NCBI GenBank assembly: GCA_026023565.1
Contig: JAPETS010000074.1
Span: 1-62,924 of the forward strand
DNA from: Cirrosporium novae-zelandiae
Lineage: Eukaryota
Direction of reading: 5' to 3'
Length of the DNA stretch: 62,924 bases
Of the stretch, positions 46,728 through 61,374 are shown piece after piece. The translations under genes and the position numbers were made by a program. Position 1 is the stretch's first letter. Each line of letters begins with the position of its first letter. Below the pieces are notes generated by a model. It saw only the letters and a program-made list of their open reading frames with translations, searched no databases and was not told the DNA's origin.

Positions 46728-49700
46728 TATTATAATATAATTATTATAAAAAATATAATATAATAATTATAATTCTAAAATCGATTATATAAATCGGAAT
46801 AAATATAATATTATTATAGGAATTTAGCTAAAAATTAAAAAAAAAAATATTATATCCGGCGTAAGATTTTTATTAGCCCGAATTAAAAATCTAAATAAAG
46901 AATAAAATTATAAAAACGGTCACTATTATATATAAAAATCGAAAAAATATCGTATTTAAGGTAACCGTAAGAACCGATCTAATTAATTATTTTTATTTCG
47001 TGGCGCTGAATTAGGGGCCCAAGCGGGGAACAAAGCCGCAAGAACGGTCACTGCTATACGCAGAGACCGAAGAAACATCGTATTTAGGGTAACCGCAAGG
47101 ACCGACCTAGTTAACCATCCTTATTTCGTGGCGCTGGATATCAGCAGGATAAACGCAGGCGGGGGGGCAGAAAACCCGGTCAGGATAATTAAGGTTTACG
47201 ATCAAAAATTAAAAGGCGTATATCTTTAAAAATAAGGCCAAAAATAAAAACCTAAAAAAACCCTATAAAATATAAAATAAAGGCCTATTTTTAATAAAAA
47301 TAAAATAATATTAATAAAGGATTTTAATATCTATAATTTAATATAAAAACCTAAATAAATTATTTATATAGATGACGCGCCTTTAATAACGTTTATAAAA
47401 AAATAAAACTTAATTATATAAAACGATACCGCCCAAAATATTTAATTCGGAAAAAAATCGGTTTATTATTTAATAATTAATTTAATAATAATTAATTTTA
47501 TTATAAAATTATTTTAAAAATAATTAACGGGCGTAATAATCGATAATATAAATAATAAATTAAAAATTAATTTAAACCACATTTATATTTAATTCGAATA
47601 AAGGAATTAACGCCTAAAAATAAATTAATTAATCCCGAATTCGTAAAATTTAAAATCGCTAAAAAACCCCTAATAATAAATTAAAATTAAATAAAAATAA
47701 AAATTCTAATTAATTACGAAAAATATATTAATTATAAATTATATAAAATCGTAATTAAAAAATAAAATATAAAAAAATATTATTTAATTAAAAATTATAT
47801 TAAATAAATATATAAAATCTAAATAAATATATATTTAATCGAAAATTTAATAAAATCCCGAATATATTATTAAAAAATACGAATATTATATAATATTTAA
47901 AAAAACGAAATAAAAACGCCGAATTTATAGAAAAATTAAAACGATATTTAAAAAATTTATAAAATTAATTAGAATTAAAAAAAAAAATAAATAAATTAAT
48001 TTTTTTTAAATATATATAAAAAAAAACGATTTAAATAAATTTTTAAATTCCGAAAATATTTAACGGAAATAAAAAATATTAAAATATTATAAATTTTAAA
48101 ACCGAAACCCGATATTAATATTTTATATAAAAAACGGAAAAATAATAATAAAAATTAAAAATAAAAAAATTTTTATATAAAAAAAAATTTTCCCGTTATT
48201 TTCAAAAAAACCCGAATTTCGATTTTCGATAAAAAAAATATTCGCCCAATAATTATCCAAAAAAACGATACGAAAAACGTTATATATATAAAATACGAAT
48301 AAAATTTTAAAATATAACGGAATTTAATTTTGAATATTCCGTATATTATAATAATAAGATTTTTATAAAATAATAAAAATAATCCGATATTATTTTCGAT
48401 TAAAATATTATTTAACGTAATAAAAATATATTTAAAAAATATTATTATTTAAATCCGGAAAAACCGATAAAATATTAATTAAAAATTATAAAATAATAAA
48501 TTTATTATATTATTTAAATAAAATAATTAAAAAAATTATAATTAATAAATTAATAAATATATACGAAAATCTAAATAAAATATATAAAAATTAATTTCGA
48601 TCGAAATATAATTAAAATATAATTAATATATTTATATATTTAATATATCGAATAAAAAAAAATTTAATTAAAAATAAATAATTTATATTTTATTTATAAA
48701 TATTAAAAAAACGTTTAATTATATATTATAATTTAAATTAATATAATATTTAAAATAATAAAAAATTAATAAAAATATTATTAAATAAATATTAAATCGA
48801 AAATTAGAATCGATAATTATTTAATCGAAAATAAAAAAAATTATATATAATAATTAAATATATAATTAAATCTAAAATTTAATTTTTAAATTTATTATAT
48901 TTAACGATTAATTAAAATCCGATATATAAAAAATATAATTAAATATATATATTATTAAAATAAATTATTTACGGGATTTACGTATTAAATAATTATAACG
49001 ATTATAATATTAATTTATATATATAAATATAAAATTTAATAAAAAAAATAAATTAATTATTAAATAAAATTTTAAAAATTAATAATAAAAATCTATAAAA
49101 TAATTTTAATAATAATAATTATATAAAAAATCTATATATATCCCGTAAATATAATATTAAATATTACGTAAAAAAATATAAATTTCGATATTTTTAAAAA
49201 ATTAAAAAAAATTTAACGAATTTAATATTATTTATAATATTTAAAATAAAAAAGATAAATATTTAATTAAAAAAATAATCGTTAAAAATTTTTTAATAAA
49301 TTTAAAAAATTAAAAAAATTATATTAAATTAATATTTAATTATAACGATAATCTAACAAATAATAAATCCGAATTTTAGAATCAAAAAAATTTAAATAAT
49401 TAAAAAAAAAATATTTTTAAAAATAATAATAATATTTTTAAAATAATAGATTTTTAATAAAACGTTAACGTAAAATTAAAAAAATATATATTAATTAAAC
49501 GGATTTAAATTAAAAAACTATAAAATAAAAATAGAAATAATTGAAAAATAATCGAAAAAATTTTATAAATAATATAAAAATATTATTTAAATTAAAATAA
49601 AAAAATATTCGATATAAATTTTTAAAAAACGTAAATAATTTTATAAATAATAATTAAAATATTATTATTAAATAAATTTTAAAATATTATAAAATATTAA

Positions 49701-52270
49701 AAAACGAAATAATAAATTAAATAATTAAAATAAATACAACGTCAAAAAATAATAAAATAATTAAATAAATTTCGTTAATTTATATAATCCGTAATATAAC
49801 GGAAAAATAAATTATAAAAATATATAATTAATTATATAATTAAAAAATAAAAAAATCGTTTAATAAATCGTATCGAATATATTTAAAATATAAAAAAAAT
49901 CGGATATTAAAATATACGTTTAAAAAATTAATAAATAAATTTTATTAAATAAAAATAAAATATATTATTACCGGAAAATATATATATTATATAAAAATTA
50001 TTATTATTCCAGAATATTAATAATACGGAATTTTATATTAAAATATTTTTTATTTAATATTAATATATCCGCGCTAAAAAACGGTTAGAACCTAGTTACG
50101 GGAAATAATAAAAAGATAAAAAAATTAATAATCTAATATAATCGAAAAAAAAAAATTAATATTCGTATTAAAAAATTGAAAATTCTTTAAAGATTAGATA
50201 CGTTTTTTAAATAATACGGAGGTAGGGAAACCCTAATCCTGGGCTAGATACGAAAATAAAAATCGTGAAATATATTTAGATTAGGGGTAAATAAAACCCG
50301 GACACGGAAAAAAAAAAGACCCAGACGTAAATATTAAATAAAAATTAGATCCGTAATAAATACGCGGAATAAGCGTATACGTAAATAAAAACTAAAAAAA
50401 TCGAAAATAGATACGAATAGGCCTATTTATAGGTTACGAACACCGAAATAGCGTTAAAAAACTATTCGGTTAAATAAATTAGGTGATTCTAGAAAACCCA
50501 AAAAAAGGGGGAAACTATATAGCCGAACCAGGGGGATAACCCCCACTATTTTAACTAAAAATAAACCCGGAAAGGGATACGAAAAAATCTAAAAACCCCT
50601 GAATAAAATCCGTCATAGTTTCTAAATAATATATAAATATAAAATAATGAATAATCATTATTATTATTAATAGAAATATTATAAAAATCGCTTATATTTT
50701 TAATATTATTCCTGATATTTTGTAGCGGGCTATTCGCAGCCGTAAAATAAATAATTTTTGGGATTAAAACCCTATTTTTCGTGAACGATATAAATTTTTC
50801 GACCATTTATATAAATAATAAACAAACCCGGAAAATTATTTAACAAATAACGAAAATAATAGTTCAAAAAAAAAAAAAAAAATTAAAATTCGATATTTAA
50901 AAAATTAAGATTATAGTTTTTTTTAAATTATATAAATACTAAATTTAAATAAATATTAAATTCAAAATTAAAATTGATAATTATTTAATTAAATATAAAT
51001 AAAATTATATATAATAATTAAATATATAATTAAATCCGAAATTTAATTTCCAAATTTATTATATTTAATATTTAATTAAAATCCGGTATACGGAAAATAT
51101 AATTAAATATATGTATTACCGAAACAGATTATTTACGGGGCTCGCGCGCTAAATAATTACAACGATTATAATATTAATCTATATATACGGGTATAAAATA
51201 TAGTGAAAAGGGCAAACCGGGTATTAAATAGAATTCCAAAAATTATTAAATAAATTTGCAAAATTAGTAATAAAAGCCTATAAAATAACCCTAATAATCG
51301 TAATTATATAAAAGATCTATATATATTCCGTAAATATAATATTAAATACCGCGTAAAAAAAATATAGATTTAAATATTTTTAAAAAACCGAAAAAAATCT
51401 AATACTGCCGATAATATTTAAAATAAAAAATATAAATATTTAATTAAAAAAATAATTATTAAAAAATATTTAATAAATTTAAAAAATTAAAAAAAATATA
51501 TTAAATTAATATTTAATTATAATAATAATTTAAAAAATAATAAATCTAAATTTTAAAATCGAAAAAATTTAAATAATCAAAAGAAATAATAATATTTCTA
51601 AAATAATAGATTTTTAGCGAGACGTTAGCGTAAAACTAGAAAAATTTATATTAATCGGACGGATTTAAATTAAAAAACCGTAAAATAAAAATAGGAATAA
51701 TCTAGAAAACAACCGAAAAAATTTTGTGAATAATACGGAAATACTATCTAGGTCAAAATAAAGAAATATTCGATATAGAACTTTAGAGGGCGCAAACAGC
51801 CCTAGAAATAGCGGTCAGGGTATACCCGAATAACTATAAAACCCCCGGAAAAAAAATAATAATATTATTTGATTCGCAAAGGGCTATTAAATAAATCGAA
51901 AAAAAAAAATTAGAAAAAAATTAAACGATCATATAAAAAATATATAAATATATTAGATATCTAATAAATTAAAAAACGAAAATCGTTATTAAATAAATTC
52001 TAGAATATTATAGAATACTAAAAAATAAAATAATAAATTAAATAATTAAAATAAACGTAACGTTAAAAAATAATAAAAAAACCGAATAAATTTCGTTAAT
52101 TTATATAACCCGTAATATAATCGAAAAATAAATTATAAAAATATATAATTAATTATATAATTAAAAAATAAAAAATTTATTTAATAAATTTTATCGAATA
52201 TATTTAAAATATAAAAAAAATCGGATATTAAAATATATATTTAAAAAACTGATAAATAAATTTTATTAAA

Positions 52271-55200
52271 AAAAATCAACGTTTTTTGGTGATCCCGCGC
52301 TATTAAATCAATTCACTATTATAATAACCGTTATACGAAATATTTAACGTTTATTTAAAATCTATAGAATTTAATAACGGCGGAAAAATATTAGGAATTA
52401 AAAAAATATATACCGTTAACGAAAATTAAATAAATATAAAAAAACGATAACGTTTAAAAAATAAATTAAATAAATTAAAATAAAATTTTATAATAAAATT
52501 TAATAATTCGATATTATAATTTTTATTTTAAAAAAAAAATAATTAAATAAAAAAATATCGTCGAAAAATTTTATAAAAAAAAAATTCTAAAAAAAAATGG
52601 ATTAATAATTAAAATATTTTAATTAAATAAATAATTAAATATATAATTATACGTATATTTTTAATAATCGAAAAAAATATATATTAAATTCTAAAAATCG
52701 ATAATTTTATAATATAATTATAGGAAATATTTTTCGGTTTAAAAACCCGAATAATCGTTTTAAAAAAACGAAATAATAAAATTATAAAAATTAAAAAAAA
52801 AATCAAAAAAAATTATATATAATTAAATAAAAAATTTTAATAATTAAAAAAATAATTATAATAATAATCTAAATATTATAAATCTAGATAAAAATTATAA
52901 AAATTATATATAATAAAACGGAAAATTTTATAAATAAAAATTATATAATTCTAATAATTAGATCCGAATAAATAATAAAAAAAAAAATAATAATATTTTT
53001 TTTAATAATATCCCGAACGGATATAATAATTAAATTATAAATATTTAATATACGGATAATAATATAAACGAATAAAAAAATTTAAAAAAATTTTTAATAA
53101 ACGATAAAAATAATTAAATAAAAGATTTTACTACTAATACCGAAAATCCCGAAATAAATTTTTATAAAAATAACGTCGGAATTTATAGGATTTATTTATA
53201 TTAAAATAATTAATAAAATAATAAATAATTAAACCCTATAAAAAAAACGCACTGGTTCCGTAAACGGGGATATAAAAATTGAAAATCAGAAAATACTGAT
53301 TTTTAATACAAAAAAAACCGAATATTCGGGTTTTACGATATTAATAATAACGGCGATCAATATTAATTTAATTAATTTAAATATATCGTTTAAATTACGG
53401 ATACGGGAAATCTATATTAATAAAGAAAATAATCTAAAAATCATATTTAATAAAAAAATTAATATAAATATATTAATATTTAAATATAAATAAAAAGTTT
53501 TAGAAATTATAACGAAAATAAATAATATAATAATAAATATATATTTATTAAAAATTTTATATTAAATAAATAACGCCGGAAAAATATTATTAAAAACGAA
53601 TACGAATTAGATTTATATTAAAAAAATATATTATTTTAATTAAAATAAAATCCCCGTTCGTAATATATAAAAAATAAAAAACTGAAAATTATTATTTAAT
53701 AAAATATAGATTTCGATATATCCGATAATTTATATTAAAAATAAATAAAATATATTTAAAATATATTTAATTAAAATATAAATTATTTTTAAAATATAAA
53801 AATAGAATTTTTAAATATATTATATATATAAAAATACACGAAATATAAAATCACCGGTATCGGATAATAGAATATAAGCCCGTGTATATAAAAATTTATA
53901 TATATATTTTATTAAAATATATAAATTATTTAAATCTTTATATAATCACGGACGGAAAATATTTAATTACCCGAAAAACAAAAATAGAATATATAAAAAA
54001 AAAACGCCAAAAAAACGCTATATAATCGTTTTACGTATTCGTTTTTTTTAAAAAAAATAAATAATATCTAAAATATTAATAATACCGAAAATATTAATAA
54101 TATTTATATTATAAATAAATAACGATATATCCGAATTATAAATAAAAATATTATAATATAATTATTATAAAAAATACGATATAATAATTATAATTCTAAA
54201 ATCGATTATATAAACCGGAACGGATATAATATTATTATAAAAATCTAATTAAAAATTAAAAAAAAAATATTATATTTAATATAAAATTTTTATTAATCCG
54301 AATTAAAAATTTAAATAAAATATAAAATTATAAAAACGGTTATTATTATATATAAAAATCGAAAAAATATTATTTTTAAAATAATTATAAAAATCGATTT
54401 AATTAATTATTTTTATTTTATAACGCTGAATATTAATATAATAAATATAAACGAAAAAATAAAAAATCTAATTAAAAAAATTAATATTTATAATTAAAAA
54501 TTAAAAAACGTATATTTTTAAAAATAAAATCGATAATAAAAATCTAAAAATATTTTATAAAATATAGCATAAAAATTTATTTTTAATAAAAATAAAATAA
54601 TATTAATAAAAAGTTTTAATATTTATAATTTAATATAAAAATCTAAACGGATTATTTATATAAATAATACGTTTTTAATAATATTTATAAAAAAATAGAA
54701 TTTAATTATATAAAATAATACCGTTTAAAATATTTAATTCGGAAAAAAATCGGTTTATTATTTAATAATTAATTTAATAATAATTAATTTTATTATAAAA
54801 TTATTTTAAAAATAATTAACGGGCGTAATAATCGATAATATAAATAATAAATTAAAAATTAATTTAAATTATATTTTTATTTAATTCGAATAAAAAAACT
54901 AATATTTAAAAATAAATTAATTAATCCCGAATTTATAGAATGTAAAATTATTAAAAAATCTTTAATAACAAATTAAAATAAAATAAAAATAAAAATTCTA
55001 ATTAATTATAAAAAATACGTTAATCGTAGATTATATAAAAATATAATTAAAAAATAAAATATAAAAAATTATTATTTAATTAAAAATTATTCTAAATAAA
55101 TATATAAAATCTAAATAAATATATATTTAATCGAAAATTTAATAAAACCCCGAATATATAATTAAAAAATACGAATATTATATAATATTTAAAAAAACGA

Positions 55201-58200
55201 AATAAAAACGCCGAATTTATAAAAAAATAAAAATAATATTTAAATAATTTATAAAATTAATTCAACTCAAAAAAAAAAAAATAAATCGATTTTTTTTAAA
55301 TATATAAAAAAAACGATTTAAATAAATTTTTAAACCCCGAAAATATTTAACGAAAATAAAAAATATTAAAATATTATAAATTCTAAAATTAAGATTTAAC
55401 GCCGGCGTTCCGTATAAAAAATAAAAAAATAACGATAGAAATTAAAAATAAAGATATATTTAAAAAATATTATTATTTAAATTTAAAAAAACTAATAAAA
55501 TATTAATTAAAAATTATAAAATAATAAATTTATTATATTATTTAAATAAAATAATCGAAAAAATAATAATTAACGCGTTAATAAATATATATAAAAATCT
55601 AAATAAATTATATAAAAATTAATTTATATCGAAACGTAATTAAAACGTAATTAATACGTTTATATATTTAATATATCGAATAAAAAAAATTTTTATTAAA
55701 AATAAATAATTTATATTTTATTTATAAATATTAAAAAAAAGTTTAATTATATATTACGATTCAAATTAATATAATATCTAAAATAATTAAAAATCGTTAA
55801 AAATATTATTAAATAAATAATTAATTTTATAGTCTAACGAAACGTCGAAATAATAATCGACGGAAAAATATAATCCCGAATCAATATAGAAACGGGAATA
55901 TTATAAAGATCACCCATATCCCTAATATTATTCCTGATATATTGTAACGGGCTATTCGCAGCCGTAGAACAGGCGGTCTCTGGAATTAAAATTTTATTAT
56001 TCGTGAACGATATAAATTTCTCGATCATCTATATAAATAATAAATAAATCCGAAAAATTATTTAATAAATAATAAAAACGGCGGTTTAATAAAAAAATAA
56101 ATAAATTAGAATTCGATATTTAAAAAACCGAAATTATAATTTTTTTTTAGATTACGTAAATACTAAATTTAAATAAATATTAAATCGAAAATTAGAATTA
56201 ATAATTATTTAATTAAATATAAAATAAATTATATATAATAATTAAACGTATAATTAAATCCAAAATTTAATTTTTAGATTTATTACGTCTAGCGTTAAAT
56301 TAAAATTAAATACGCGGAAAAAACAATTAAATATATTTATTACCGAAATAAATTATTTACGGGATTTACGCGTTAAATAACCGTAATAATTATAATATTA
56401 ATTTATATATACGGATATAAAATTTAATAAAAAAAACAAACCAGTTATTAAATAAAATTTTAAAAATTATTAAATATATTTATTAAATTAATAATAGAGA
56501 TTTATAAAATAATTTTAATAATAACGATTATATAAAAAATCTATATATATCCCGTAAATATAATATTAAATATCGCGCAAAAAAAATATAAATTTCGATA
56601 TTTTTAAAAAATCGAAAAAAATTTAACGAATTTAATATTATCGATAATATTTAAAATAAAAAATATAAATTTTTAATTAAAAAAATAATTATTAAAAAAT
56701 CTTTAATAAATTTAAAAAATTAAAAAAAATATATTAAATTAATATTTAATTATAATAATAATCTAAAAAATAATAAATCCGAATTTTAAAATCGAAAAAA
56801 TCTAAATAATCGAAAAAAAATAATAATATTTTTAAAATAATAGATTTTTAACGAAACGTTAATATAGAATTAAAAAAACGTATATTAATTAGCCCAACGA
56901 AGCGTCGAATTGGTGATCGACGGAGAGGTACAACCCCGAATCAGTATAGAAACGGGGGTGCCGCAGGGGTCACCCGTATCCCCAATATTATTCCTGATAT
57001 ATTGCAGCGGGCTATTCGCAGCCGTAGAATAGGCGGTCTCTGGGGTCAAAACTCTATTATTCGTGAACGACGTGAGTTTTTCGATCACCTATATAAATAA
57101 TAAATAAACCCGAAAAACTATCTAATAAATAGTGAAAACGGCGGTTCAATAAAAAAAAAAATAAATTAAAATTCGATATTTAAAAAACCGAAATTATAAT
57201 TTTTTTTAGATTACGTAAATACTAAATTTGGATAAATATTAAATCGAAAATTAAAATTAATAATTACCCGATCGAATATAAAACGGATTACGTACGATAA
57301 TTAAACGTATAATTAAATCCGAAATTTAATTTCTAAATTTATTACGCCCAGCGTTTAATTAAAATTAAATACGCGGAAAAAATAATTAAATATATTTATT
57401 ACTAAAACGGATTATTTACGGGATTTACGCGCTAAATAATCGTAATAATTATAATATTAATCTATATATATAGATATAAAATCTGATAGAAAAAATAGAT
57501 CGGGTATCAAATAGAATTTCAAAAATTATTAAATAGGCTCGTAAAATTAATAACAGGGGCCTATAAAATAACCCCGATAATAGCGGTTATATAAAAAACC
57601 TATATATATCCCGCAAACGTAATATTAAATACCGCGTAAAAAAAATATAGATTTCGGTATTTTTAAAAAACCGAAAAAAATTTAAAAAATAATAAATCCG
57701 GATTTTAAAATTGAAAAAATCTAAATAATCAATAAAAATAGATTTTTAAAAAAAATAATAATATTTTTAAAATAATAAATTTTCAACGAAACGCTAGCGT
57801 AAAATTAGAAAAATATATATTAATCAGACGGATTTAAATTAAAAAACCGTAAAATAAAAACGGGGGTAATCTAGAAAATAACCGAAAAAACCCCGTAAAT
57901 AATACGGAAATATTATTTAAATCAAAATAAAAAGGTATTCGATACAGAGTTTTAGGGGGCGTAAACGGCCCTAAAAATAGCGGTCAAAATATACCTAAAT
58001 AACTATAAAACCCCCAGAAAAATAATAATAATATTATTTGACTCGCAAGCGGCTATCAGGCGGATCGAAAAAAAAAATTAAAAAAAAATTAAACGATCGT
58101 ATAAAAAATATACGAATATATTAAATATTTAATCAATTAAAAAACGAAAATCGTTATTAAATAAATTTTAAAATATTATAAAATATTAAAAAACGAAATA

Positions 58201-59157
58201 ATAAATTAAACGATTAAAATAAATATAATATTAAAAAATAATAGAATAATCGAATAAATTTCGTTAATTTATATAATCCGTAATATAATAGAAAAACGGA
58301 TTATAAAAACGTATAATTAATTATATAATTAAAAAATAAAAAAATCGTTCGATAAATTTTATCGAATATATTTAAAATATAAAAAAAATCGGATATTAAA
58401 ATACGCGTTTAAAAAACTAATAAATAGATTTTATTAAATAAAAACGGGATACGTTATTACCGGAAAATATATATATCGTACGAAAATTAATATTATCCCG
58501 GAATATTAATAATACGGGGTTCTATATTAAAATATTTTTTATTTAATATTAATATATCTATATTAAAAAACGGTTAGAGCCCAATTACGAAAAATAATAA
58601 AAAAATAAAAAAATTAATAATTTAATATAATCGAAAAAAAAAACTAGTATTCGTATTAAAAAACCGAAGATTTTTTGAAAATTAAATATATTTTTTAAAC
58701 GATACGGAAATAGAAAAACCCCAGTATTAAATTAAATACGAAACGGAAAATCGTAAAACGTATCTGGATTAAAAATAGGTAGAATCCGGATACGGGGGAG
58801 AAAACGATCTAAAAATAGATATTAAATAAAAACTAGGCCCGTAATAAAAACGCGGGATAAACGTATACGTAAATAAAAATTGAAAAAATCGAAAATAAAT
58901 ACAAATAAATCTATTTATAGGCTACGAACACCGAAATAACGCTAAAAAACTATCCGATTAAATAAATCAGGTAATTCTAGGAAACCCAAAAAGGGGGGGA
59001 AACTATATAGCCGAACCAGGGGGGTAACCCCCACCATTATAGTTAAAAGTAAGCCCGAAAGGGGATACAAAGGGGCCTAAAAGCCCCCGAGTAGAGTCCG
59101 TTATAGTTTCTAAGTGATATATGGACATAAAACAATGAAAAAAAAAAAAAAAAAAAA
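52271..59157 (+). mobile_element. LINE copy G/H with ~1-kb internal duplication (junction 56890/56891) and poly(A) tail
   Basis: 5' motif at ~52283; RT ETGVPQGSPVSPILFLIY..LFVNDV at ~56950-57075, repeated in decayed form at ~55890-56010; A20 at 59138-59157. Confidence 0.8.
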
Positions 59158-59887
59158 TTTAAACTCTATTAAATAAAAATAGGATACGCCGCCATTAGGG
59201 AATATATATACCGCACGAAAATTATTACTACCCCAGAATATTAGTGATATAGGATTTTATATTAAAATATCCTTTATTTGTTATTAATATACCCGCGCTG
59301 GAAAACGGTTAAAACCCGTTTGCGGGGAATAGTAGAAAAACGGGGGGTTAATAGCCTAATATAGCCGAAAAAGAAAAACTAGTATTCGTATAAAAAAACC
59401 GAAGATTCTTTAAAAATTGGATACGTTTTTTAGATAATACGGAAATAAAAAAACCGCATTTCTAGACCAAATACGAAAAAAAAAATCGTGAAATATATTT
59501 GGATTAGGGGTGGATAGAATCCAGATACGGGGGGAAAAAAAATTTAGACGCAGATATTAAATAAAAACGGGGCCCGTAATAGGAATACGGGATAAACGTA
59601 TACGTGAATAAAAACAAAAAATCGAAAATAGATATAAATAGATTTATTTATAAATCACGGGCACTAAAATAACGCCAAAAAACTATCCGGTTAAATAAAT
59701 CAGATAATTCTAGGAAATCCAAAAAAAAAGAGAAACTATATAATCGAATTAAAAAAATAACCCCTATCATTTTAATTAAAAATAAGCCCGAAAAAAGATA
59801 GGAAAAAACTTGAAAACCCCTGAATAAAGTCCGTTATAACTTCTAAGCGATATATAAATATAAAACAATAAATAACCATCATCATTA

Positions 59888-61096
59888 TAAATAATAAATA
59901 CATCCAAAAAAACTATTTAATAAATAAAGAAAACGGCGGTTTAATAAAAAAAATAAATTAAAATTCGATATTTAAAAAATAAAAATCATAATTTATTCTA
60001 AATTACGAAAATACCGAATTTAAATAAATATTAAATCGAGAATTAAAATTAACGATTATCGAATTAAATATAAAAAAAATTATATATAATAATTAAATAT
60101 ATAATTAATATTATTTCGGTATTCGAGCTTTATAAATAGCTTTATTCGTATTTATTTTTGATTTTTAATTTTTACGTTATACGTATACGTTAATCCCGCG
60201 TTTTTATTACAGACCTAATTTTTATCCGATATTTAATTTATTTGGGGGGTTTTTTTTTCGTATCCGGGTTTTATTTATTTTTAATTTAAATAAATTTCAC
60301 GGATTCCTTTTCTATATTTAGTCCAGAACTAGGGTTTTTTTATTTCCGTATTATTTAAAAAATATATTTAATTTTTCGAATATTTTCGGTTTTTTAATTA
60401 GAATACTAGTTTTTTTTATTAATTATATAAAATTATTGAATTTTTTAGTTTTTGATTATTTTTTATAAACGGGTCTTAATCGTTCTTTATCGCGCATATA
60501 TTAATATTAAATAAAGGATATTTTAATATAAAACTTTATATTATTAATATTCTGGGATAATAATAATTTTCGTACGATATATATATTTTTCGATAACGGT
60601 GTACCCCGTTTTTAATTAATAAAATTTATTTATTGATTTTTTAAATATATATTCTAATATTTAATTTATTTTATTTTTTAAATATATTTAATAGAATTTA
60701 TTATATAATTTTTTTATTTTTTATTTATATAATTAATTATACGTTTTTATAACCTATTTCTCGGTTATATTACGTATTATATAAATTAATAAAATTTATT
60801 CGATTATTTTATTATTTTTTAATATTATATTTATTTTAATTATTTAATTTATTATTTCGTTTTTAAATATTTTATAATATTATATTTATTTTAATTATTT
60901 AATTTATTATTTCGTTTTTAAATATTTTATAATATTTTAAAATTTATTTAATCACGGTTTTTATTTTATAATTAATTAAATATTGAATATATTTATATAT
61001 CATTTATATAATCGTTTAATTTTTTTTTTCATTTTTTTTTTCGATTTATTTAATAAACGTTTGCGAATCGAGTAATAATATTATTATTTTTTCGGC
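59888..61096. mobile_element. Two further LINE fragments: + strand 59888-60105 and - strand 60106-61096
   Basis: Match the RT-middle and the reverse-complemented 3' region of the other copies. Confidence 0.7.
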
Positions 61097-61374
61097 AATT
61101 TAAATATTTAAATATATTTTTTATAAATTAAAATATTTAACAAATTATTTTTACAATATAATATATTCGATTCCGATAATCGATAATTGAAATCGATATT
61201 AAATATTATTTACGATTCGGTTATTCGTTATTATCGTTCGTAATTCGGAATATTTTATATTTATTTATAAATAATCGAGTAAATTTATAATTTAATTTTT
61301 TAATTTATATAAATCGTATATTTCGCGCCGTTGTTCCGGATTCGAATATTAAAAATTCCATTAATCTTTTATTT

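Larger units (their letters stand above)
36217..50668 (+). mobile_element. LINE copy C (36217-38318 + 46728-50668), interrupted by D
   Basis: 5' motif at ~36230; TSD TATTATAATATAATTA at 38303-38318 and 46728-46743; APE-like RTDLVNHPYFVALDI..RIIKVYD at ~47100-47200; RT core deleted near 48785; 3' tail at ~50645-50668. Confidence 0.8.
35831..59886 (+). mobile_element. 5'-truncated host LINE (copy F) split into 35831-36216, 50669-52270 and 59161-59886
   Basis: The pieces are colinear across RIP-diverged TSDs: AATAGGGGTATTATAAAA/AATAGAAATATTATAAAA and AAATTTTATTAAA/AAACTCTATTAAA. Confidence 0.7.

Noticed and set aside
34324..57088. Short minus-strand ORFs (34324, 35647, 43745, 50555, 55834, 56885) with mutually similar peptides
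   Set aside because: Antisense shadows of LINE RT, RNase H and 3' islands; they are similar only because the repeats are.
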